Made by a program: the position numbers and the translations under genes. The notes below the pieces were generated by a model. It had not been told where the DNA came from and did no database searches. It was given only the letters and a program-made list of their open reading frames with translations. 64,000 nt of DNA from Candidatus Saccharimonadota bacterium (GTDB lineage Bacteria; Patescibacteriota; Saccharimonadia; Saccharimonadales; Saccharimonadaceae): the NCBI GenBank assembly GCA_017545595.1, contig JAFWLO010000011.1:37921-101920 (forward strand), read 5' to 3'. Positions within the stretch are counted from its first letter, which is position 1, and the number at the start of each line of letters is the position of its first letter. Of this stretch, positions 57,408-64,000 are shown in pieces.

Positions 57408-58649
57408 CTATCTTCTAGCTCCTCTTGAGCTTTTCTGTGTTTTCTTTAACGTTACTCTCCTCTGTCCCAATCTCCTCTCGCTCAAATGCCCGTTTGTATA
57501 TTTCTCTTGCTTCAAATCTTTCTCTCTTCTAGTATAGCACGAAAGTTGCGCAACAAGTCCTAAAGACACCGCAATAAACATCATACTCGTCCCGCCGTAA
57601 CTTAACAGCGGCAAAGTTATCCCTGTCAGCGGTATCAGCCCCGTCATCGCCATAATATTCACCGCCATCTGCATCCCCACCCAAGAAAACACCCCGACAG
57701 CGACCAGTCTCTCTTCCTCATCCTGCCCATACTCTCCCACTCTCAATATTCTCGCAAGAAGCACTACAAACACCACGACGACCAGCCCCAGCCCCAAAAA
57801 CCCAAACGTCTCCCCCATAACCGCAAACACGGAATCGTTTATACTTTCCGGCAAATATCCCGTCGCTTGAACGCTATTCCCCACTCCAACCCCAGCGAAT
57901 CCCCCAGTCCCAATAGCAATCAGCGCGTTTTCAATATGATAACTGTCCGATCCGCCTTCACTCATAAATGTCTTGACTCTTTCCATCCTGTGCGGACTCG
58001 TTACAATCGAAAGCACCCCAAGCAGCCCAATCATCCCGACGACCCCCAAAAACTTCTTGAGTTCCACCCCGCTCGCAAAAATAATCCCAAGTATAATCGC
58101 AATAATTACAGCCCCCGTCCCCAAATCTTTCTGAAGAACAATCACGAAAAATAAACTAATCAAACTCATCACTCCCGCTGGAATCCAAAAATCGCTCGAA
58201 TCTATCTTCCCTTCTCGTCTTCTTTCCGCCGCAAGTGGCGCAAGATATAAAACAAGCCCCAATTTTATTATTTCCGCCGGCTGGATACTCCCAAACCCCC
58301 CAAGATTTATCCACCTACACGCCCCAAGCTCACATTTCGCAAGTCCAGACCCAGCCTTCGCCAAAATCCAAAGCCCCGCACAAAGCAAAAACCCGAGAAT
58401 GAGCACCCATTTCCCGTATTTTTTCACTCTCTCGTACGGATATTTAAATGCAAACACAAACGCCACAATACTAATCGCAACGTTTAGGAGTTGATGTACA
58501 AAAAAATAATTTTGCCCCAGTTCCGCCCCATACGCTGCCTTCATAAAGTTCACTCTCATAGGCCCTATCGCGTAAATGACAATCAACCCTGTTATCAGCA
58601 GTATAAATGTCATCAAACTAATCAATCTATCGCTTTTATGTTTCCTCAT
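57408..58649 (-). CDS. ftsW: SEDS peptidoglycan polymerase FtsW
   Basis: GACRWINLGG..IQPAE, QKDLGT, LPESINDSVFA, TGITLPLLSYGGTS. Confidence 0.93.
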   Translation of the reverse strand: MRKHKSDRLISLMTFILLITGLIVIYAIGPMRVNFMKAAYGAELGQNYFFVHQLLNVAISIVAFVFAFKYPYERVKKYGKWVLILGFLLCAGLWILAKAGSGLAKCELGACRWINLGGFGSIQPAEIIKLGLVLYLAPLAAERRREGKIDSSDFWIPAGVMSLISLFFVIVLQKDLGTGAVIIAIILGIIFASGVELKKFLGVVGMIGLLGVLSIVTSPHRMERVKTFMSEGGSDSYHIENALIAIGTGGFAGVGVGNSVQATGYLPESINDSVFAVMGETFGFLGLGLVVVVFVVLLARILRVGEYGQDEEERLVAVGVFSWVGMQMAVNIMAMTGLIPLTGITLPLLSYGGTSMMFIAVSLGLVAQLSCYTRREKDLKQEKYTNGHLSERRLGQRRVTLKKTQKSSRGARR

Positions 58650-58674
58650 AGTTCTTCGCTCCCACCCCTCTCTT

Positions 58675-59706
58675 CTAAATTATTCCAGAAACGCTAGCAA
58701 TAAACAACCCGAGAAGCGCCCCAACTCCTCCGAGTACCCAAAATCTCATCACAACTTTCGCTTCTCCCCATCCTTTCGCCTCGAAATGATGATGAATTGG
58801 CGCAGAAATAAAGATTTTTCTCCCAAAAAATTTCTTACTCACCATTTGTAACAAACTGCTCCCAGCCTCAATCACCAACATCACCCCAATCACAGGAAGC
58901 AACAAAAATGCATTTGTCATCATCGCAACCACCCCTAGCCCCGCCCCAAGCGCAAAGCTCCCCACGTCCCCCATCATAAACCTCGCCGGCGGCACATTAA
59001 ACCACACATAAGACAACAGCCACCCTACAACCGTCATACAAAACCCAAACAACATCCATTGCCCCTGGAACAGTCCAATCACTCCATACGCTCCATACGC
59101 GAATATCATCAACCCCCCTGCAAGCCCATCGAGCCCATCACTAATATTCACCGCATTACTCGTCGCAACAACCGCAAACGCGAATAGCAATGTCATCCCA
59201 ACCACCCCTATCCCAATATTCCCCAAAAACGGCACCATAACCGTCGTCCATCCCAGTTTCACAGCAAAAAACCACCCTAAAAACACCCCAACGAGCGAAA
59301 TCATCGCAAATTTCACCGGCGCCCTAAGCCCCGCCGCACCTTCTCCGCTACCAAACACATTTATACAATCATCAATCAACCCTACCAAACTCCCCCCAAC
59401 AAACCCCGCAAGCGGAAGCCACGTCTGTCCCCTATCCCAGTTACAAACAAGCGTAACCGCAGAAACCGCAACTACCCCAATCACCCCCGCCATCGTCGGA
59501 AACGCCCTCTTAAACTTATGCGCATGAAGTTTCGTCATCACCGGCAAGCTCTTTCCATCAACCGCCGTTTTCTTCTGCTTTTTCCAAAACTTGTATTTAT
59601 ACGCAAAATAAGTGTAAATCGGCGTCAGAAACATCGACAACAAAAACGCCGCAAGCGTCAAAATCATTCCATAAAAGAGCTCATTGTTAATTTCTGCGCG
59701 CCACAT
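58675..59706 (-). CDS. mraY: Phospho-N-acetylmuramoyl-pentapeptide transferase
   Basis: PTMAG, GLIDD, NAVNISDGLDGL, FMMGDVGS, APIHHHFE. Confidence 0.96.
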   Translation of the reverse strand: MWRAEINNELFYGMILTLAAFLLSMFLTPIYTYFAYKYKFWKKQKKTAVDGKSLPVMTKLHAHKFKRAFPTMAGVIGVVAVSAVTLVCNWDRGQTWLPLAGFVGGSLVGLIDDCINVFGSGEGAAGLRAPVKFAMISLVGVFLGWFFAVKLGWTTVMVPFLGNIGIGVVGMTLLFAFAVVATSNAVNISDGLDGLAGGLMIFAYGAYGVIGLFQGQWMLFGFCMTVVGWLLSYVWFNVPPARFMMGDVGSFALGAGLGVVAMMTNAFLLLPVIGVMLVIEAGSSLLQMVSKKFFGRKIFISAPIHHHFEAKGWGEAKVVMRFWVLGGVGALLGLFIASVSGII

Positions 59707-59715
59707 ACACCTATT

Positions 59716-61452
59716 TTACTCTTGTTTTGGTCTTAATTTCAAGTAGTTTATCATATAATTCGATATTTCCGAAAAAATCGGCAACGCATACGTCTCGGCG
59801 CTCGTCGTTTCTCCGTCTTTCCAAATTCTCACCATAACAGTATATTCCGGCAATTCCCCTTCCGTCCCCCCGAACCCGACATACGTCGCCACCCATTCAT
59901 CCATCGAATATTTCCCATCCCGAATCACCTGCGCCGTCCCCGTTTTTCCCCCAATATAGTATCCCGCCGGATCCGTTCCATTAGCCCGATAAGTCGTCCT
60001 CGTCCCCCAAAGCATCTCTCTCATTACCCTGCTCGTCTCCTCAGATATAACCTGTTCCCCCTCCCCCCTCTCTTTTTTAACTAGTTCCCCTCCGACCATC
60101 TCCCCCTCAACAACACTCGGCGTCACCTTCTTTCCTCCATTCACAAGCGTATTATACCCGCTAATCACCTGCATCATCGTCACAAGCATATTCTGCCCAA
60201 ATGTCATGTTCGCATAAAGCGAATCTCGTCCATCTCCCTCAACCGGATCTCCTATGAGCCCCAGATTTTCATACAATTCCACCCCCGTTTCTTTCCCTAG
60301 CCCAAACTTCTCTGTATAATATTCATAAAGTTTCTTCCTCCCCTCCTCTGTTATCCTATTCGCATCCCCCCCAATCAACTTCAACGCATAAATGCTCCCC
60401 GTATTCAAACTCCAGTTGAGCGCTTTCTGTATGCTAGTTGGCCCAAGCAAACTATCATACTGGCTCGCATTGTTTATCTTCCAACCATCAATCACCTCAT
60501 ATCCGTTATTATAATAAGTTGTCTCCGGCCCAAGCACCCCCAAATCCACCCCCGTCGCAAACGTAAATGCCTTACACACACTCGCTGGCTCATACGGATC
60601 TTCCGTTACCCTATTTATAAACACGTCCGCGCTCTCGACCTCTGCATAATTAGCCGGATCATACCCCGGCAAGTTCGCCATAGCGAGAATTTCCCCAGTG
60701 TTCGGGTTCATCACGACCGCACTCGCCTGGTCCTTCCCAAACTCCTCCATTTTCTCCTTCAAAATCCTCTCAACATTATTCTGCACATTCCTGTCTATCG
60801 TCAAAACAACATCTTCCCCGTCTTTCGCCGGAATTTTCACATTATCATTCCCGATAGATAGCGCAACCCTGTTCACATCCGCCACGGTTTTCAAAAGCCC
60901 ATCTGTCCCTTTAAGCTCCTTATTAAGCGCCCCCTCGACCCCATACTGTCCTTCCCCTTCCGCATTAACAAACCCGAGTAACCTCGCTCCGAGCTCCCCC
61001 TCCGGATAAACTCTCTTCGTCCCCTCTTTCAACCAAACCCCCGCCGGCTCCGCCTCTCTTATCTGTTTAGCTTTTTGAGTTCCGACATTCCTCGCAACTA
61101 AAAAATACCTCCTCGTTCTGTCTCGAAAAACCTCTTCCTCGCTCGCGACCAAGTTCTCTTTCATATCCTCCCCGAAAATCAGCCCCCTAAGCTCTTCCTC
61201 GTCCGCCGCCATCGGGTCAACAACAACTGTATAGACCTTCTCATTCATCACAACCGCGACCGGCTCGCTCCCGTCCATCATATAAATCTCCCCCCTTTTC
61301 GCCAGAATCTTATTCTCCATCGTATGCTGTTCTTCCGCCTTAGCGACCCACATCTTATTCTGAATAATTTGCACAAAAAACAGCCGAACCATAATCACTC
61401 CGGCTACAAAATACAAACCAAGCTTCAAAAACTTAATTCTATCTTCAGCCAT
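59716..61452 (-). CDS. ftsI: Class B penicillin-binding protein (start moved to ATG 61452)
   Basis: KRGEIY, PASVCK (SxxK), SLN (SxN), KTGTAQ; TGGTAAAAT 7 nt before the ATG. Confidence 0.9.
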   Translation of the reverse strand: MAEDRIKFLKLGLYFVAGVIMVRLFFVQIIQNKMWVAKAEEQHTMENKILAKRGEIYMMDGSEPVAVVMNEKVYTVVVDPMAADEEELRGLIFGEDMKENLVASEEEVFRDRTRRYFLVARNVGTQKAKQIREAEPAGVWLKEGTKRVYPEGELGARLLGFVNAEGEGQYGVEGALNKELKGTDGLLKTVADVNRVALSIGNDNVKIPAKDGEDVVLTIDRNVQNNVERILKEKMEEFGKDQASAVVMNPNTGEILAMANLPGYDPANYAEVESADVFINRVTEDPYEPASVCKAFTFATGVDLGVLGPETTYYNNGYEVIDGWKINNASQYDSLLGPTSIQKALNWSLNTGSIYALKLIGGDANRITEEGRKKLYEYYTEKFGLGKETGVELYENLGLIGDPVEGDGRDSLYANMTFGQNMLVTMMQVISGYNTLVNGGKKVTPSVVEGEMVGGELVKKERGEGEQVISEETSRVMREMLWGTRTTYRANGTDPAGYYIGGKTGTAQVIRDGKYSMDEWVATYVGFGGTEGELPEYTVMVRIWKDGETTSAETYALPIFSEISNYMINYLKLRPKQE

Positions 61453-61584
61453 TCTCTTTATTTTACCATAAAAATTATCGAAGAGCAAAAATCTCAAAAA
61501 TTCATCTTTCACCCCTGAAAAACCGAACAAAACCTTAAAATTAGCTTAAAAATACCTTAAAATAACCTTAAAGAAACCTTAAAA

Positions 61585-61902
61585 TTATTCAGCATACCCC
61601 GACACTTCCGCGACCTCCATATTCGCTGCGACCGTGCTCTGATTATTTGACGCAATCGAAGTAAGTCTCGCCCTCTCGACAGCCAAATCTTCCTTTTTCG
61701 CTTCAAGCTCTGCAATCTCGCTCTCGACTTTCGAAAGCTCATAATCAAACCCCGTTGCCTTTGTCCCCTGAGTTACATAAATCAAACCAACAACTAAAAC
61801 GAGCACACCTAAAATAACCGTCTGAGAAACACTCCCTAGACTCTTCGGCGTATATCTAACTGTATTTCTGTTTCTCACCCATGCCGAACTGGATTCACGC
61901 AT
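61585..61902 (-). CDS. ftsL: FtsL-like cell division protein
   Basis: One TM followed by a leucine-zipper coiled coil, between rsmH and the PBP. Confidence 0.65.
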   Translation of the reverse strand: MRESSSAWVRNRNTVRYTPKSLGSVSQTVILGVLVLVVGLIYVTQGTKATGFDYELSKVESEIAELEAKKEDLAVERARLTSIASNNQSTVAANMEVAEVSGYAE

Positions 61903-61919
61903 TTTAGAATTTATTCCTC

Positions 61920-62124
61920 GCTTTTTGTTTTATTTTTGTTTTTGGTTTGGTGTATATAACTTAGTCCTAGGCGGATTGTCCGAGCAGAGCAATAAGTAAC
62001 TCGGGTCCGCCTAGGGAAGGTCATAAATTAACACACTCCTAATAAGACTCCACAACCATAAAATCGTGGTAGCCCAATTGGGCCATATCTTATCCCCCTT
62101 TCCCCCTCCCCCCGTTACCGGGGG
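61920..62124 (-). promoter_or_regulatory. Structured intercistronic leader before ftsL
   Basis: CCTAGGCGGA/TCCGCCTAGG 10-bp stem with inner CCGAG/CTCGG, plus three smaller hairpins. Confidence 0.6.
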
Positions 62125-62190
62125 TTAGCAGAAATTGATTTTGACTTTTTGAGCTCTGCTTTTGTTAGAAACAACAATTTGCTTTGGCAT
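62125..62190 (-). CDS. Putative 21-aa small protein or leader peptide MPKQIVVSNKSRAQKVKINFC
   Basis: Strong SD AAGGAGG 5 nt before the ATG, A-rich upstream tract. Confidence 0.55.
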   Translation of the reverse strand: MPKQIVVSNKSRAQKVKINFC

Positions 62191-62263
62191 AAATGCCTCC
62201 TTTTTGTTTTATTTTTTTGTTTTTATCACATCCAAGAAGCCCCTCGCGCGCCTAAGATGCGAC

Positions 62264-63142
62264 TCATTTTCTCTTTCTTGCCGCTCTAAGCTTTGCGCTC
62301 CTTGCTCTTGGGTTGATAACAAGCTCATCTTCGCTCGCAACAATCGGACTTCTCGTCAAAATTTCCAGTTCAGACTCTTCCCCAAACTCACTCGCTTCCT
62401 TAAAGTAATTCTTAACAATCCTATCCTCAAGGCTATGAAATGTTATAATCGCGACTCTTCCCCCAGGTTTCAAAATCTTAGGTATCAGCGGTAACGTTCT
62501 TTCGATAATTCCTAGTTCATCATTCACTTCAATCCTAATCGCCTGGAAAAATTTCGTCGCTGGATGATTTCGAGAAAATTTACTTTTCGACTTTATAAAT
62601 TCTGCAAGCTCACTTGTAGTATAAAAAGGTCGATTATGCACAATCTCTCTCGCCATCCTTCTAGCATTTCCAGTCCTCTCTTCTCCATATTTCTCAAATA
62701 TCTCCGCGAGCCTCTTTTCAGAATACCCGTTCACAACTTCCTTCGCACTCAACTTCTGTTCTCTATCCATCCTCATATCAAGCGGTCCATCATGAAGAAA
62801 AGAAAAACCTCTCTCTGCCTTGTCTAATTGCGGCGAAGAAACTCCAAAATCAGCCAGAATCATATCGAAAGCTTTACCACACTCTACTTCCTTCAGCACC
62901 AAACTATAAAAATCCTCATTCACTATCTCTAAAGGTTCACTTTCGTACTTCCCTTTTAGATACTCCGTAGCGAATGAATCTCTATCAACCAACGTCGACT
63001 CTTTATAATTTTGTGTCAAATCCAAAACTTTACTTGCATGCCCTCCATAACCCGCTGTCAAATCTAAATACGATTCACCCAGACTCGGTTTGAGAACTTG
63101 AAGCACTTCCGACAATAAAACTGGTTTATGAAGTTCTTCCAT
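62264..63142 (-). CDS. rsmH: 16S rRNA m4C1402 methyltransferase RsmH
   Basis: HKPVLL, DLTAGYGGH, DFGVSSPQLD..RGFSF, FHSLEDRIVK, NPRARSAKLR. Confidence 0.97.
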   Translation of the reverse strand: MEELHKPVLLSEVLQVLKPSLGESYLDLTAGYGGHASKVLDLTQNYKESTLVDRDSFATEYLKGKYESEPLEIVNEDFYSLVLKEVECGKAFDMILADFGVSSPQLDKAERGFSFLHDGPLDMRMDREQKLSAKEVVNGYSEKRLAEIFEKYGEERTGNARRMAREIVHNRPFYTTSELAEFIKSKSKFSRNHPATKFFQAIRIEVNDELGIIERTLPLIPKILKPGGRVAIITFHSLEDRIVKNYFKEASEFGEESELEILTRSPIVASEDELVINPRARSAKLRAARKRK

Positions 63143-63159
63143 ATGACATATATTATATC

Positions 63160-63555
63160 ATATGCTCGTTCGTTAGTTTGAGAACGCTTAACAAGAAATT
63201 TTAGCGTTTTTGTTTTTGCTTAGATTTTTGTTTTCCCTTACACTTTAGATCTACCACAATCTCAACAAGAAATCTTGCGTCATATTGTGGCCGTTGAGAG
63301 ACTTATTGTGTAATTGGTTGTTTTAAGAACTGTACCTTTGGAGTTTTCGTTCTTTAGAGTTTTAATTGGGAGGTGTTAGTTTTAGAATGTACTCACGATT
63401 TTGTTGACGCGTATCGTTAAATTCAACCGCGCGCCAAAACTCCTTGTTAGCCGTCCTCAAACTGATTTTAATGTACCTTCTGTAGATTTTTATTTTTCTT
63501 TTTTGTTTTGTTATCTACTTGTTATTAGTTTAACCGCTTTGAAATAAAAAATCAA
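63160..63555 (-). other. Promoter-driven ~360-nt non-coding region at the usual mraZ position
   Basis: TTGATT-N17-TAAACT (63555-63527); no ORF of 60 aa or more; hairpins and short repeats. Confidence 0.45.
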
Positions 63556-63618
63556 GACCTTTTTCGCGATTTTTTGACTTTTCTTTAACTTTTTCCACGC
63601 CACCCCTGTTACACACAA

Positions 63619-63650
63619 AAAAGTTTTCCACAACCCTGTGGAAAACTTTT
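63619..63650. terminator. 14-bp inverted repeat: minus-strand terminator built from two inverted DnaA-box-like 9-mers
   Basis: AAAAGTTTTCCACA-ACCC-TGTGGAAAACTTTT; TTTTCCACA is one mismatch from TTATCCACA. Confidence 0.6.
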
Positions 63651-63733
63651 ATCCTTCCCTGTTATCTCTTAGTCCAATAATAACCCGCCCCAAAACACGA
63701 ATCGAAGAAACGCCACTTAAAGATGGAGCAAAC

Positions 63734-64000
63734 CTACCCTTCCATCCCCCTCGGTGGTTCCCCTCCATCCGGCTCGCCCATAAGTTTCTTCGACTTAATC
63801 TCATATCTAAGCCCCGTCACTGGAGAAACATAATAATCTTCATTCAAAAGATTCACGAACGTCGTAAGATCTTTATCATCCATAATAATAATCGATTTAT
63901 CGTCATCCGTCATAAGGTCAAGCTGCATCTCGTCTGAATAATCAAGCATTTGCTCTTGCGTCATCGCCTCATTTATATCAATGTTCTGTATCTTTTTTAA
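63734..64000 (-). CDS. C-terminal part of a DUF4868/KwaB-like protein, truncated by the window edge
   Basis: Frame open from the window end; FVNLLNEDYYVSPVTGLRYEIKSKK resembles the family C-terminus (from recall, not searched). Confidence 0.5.
   Translation of the reverse strand, partial: LKKIQNIDINEAMTQEQMLDYSDEMQLDLMTDDDKSIIIMDDKDLTTFVNLLNEDYYVSPVTGLRYEIKSKKLMGEPDGGEPPRGMEG

Overview
A 64 kb chromosomal segment of a small-genome bacterium. The gene set, RNA polymerase motifs and operon fragmentation suggest Saccharibacteria/CPR (inference). TGA is used as a stop, so the genetic code appears to be code 11. The backbone is housekeeping: xseB, galU, dnaE, tsaC, leuS, rpmF-nusB-NUDIX-rnc, rpsP-khpA, rpoBC, a truncated S10-spc ribosomal protein operon, gltX, tRNA-Glu(CTC), der, pth, topA, and a reduced division/cell-wall cluster on the minus strand. 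Accessory content includes several orphan single-gene units, a 2027-aa thioester/isopeptide/ester-domain adhesin with an LPXTG-like anchor, and a lone HerA/coupling-protein-like ATPase. The most striking feature is four ~225-bp copies of a C-type-lectin-like variable region (16118-16342, 16630-16854, 16909-17133, and 54968-55192 on the minus strand). They differ mainly at codon positions 1-2 of NNC/NNT codons, the signature of diversity-generating retroelement (DGR) adenine mutagenesis. They are detached from full-length target genes, none can be the template, and no reverse transcriptase is in the window. Other oddities: extreme C>G skew on the strand carrying rpoBC and the ribosomal protein genes, an RNAP beta-prime lacking all Cys ligands at both zinc sites and with an altered trigger loop, pervasive leaderless promoters, and unannotated small ORFs or structured leaders in a cell-division cluster with no mraZ at its usual position.
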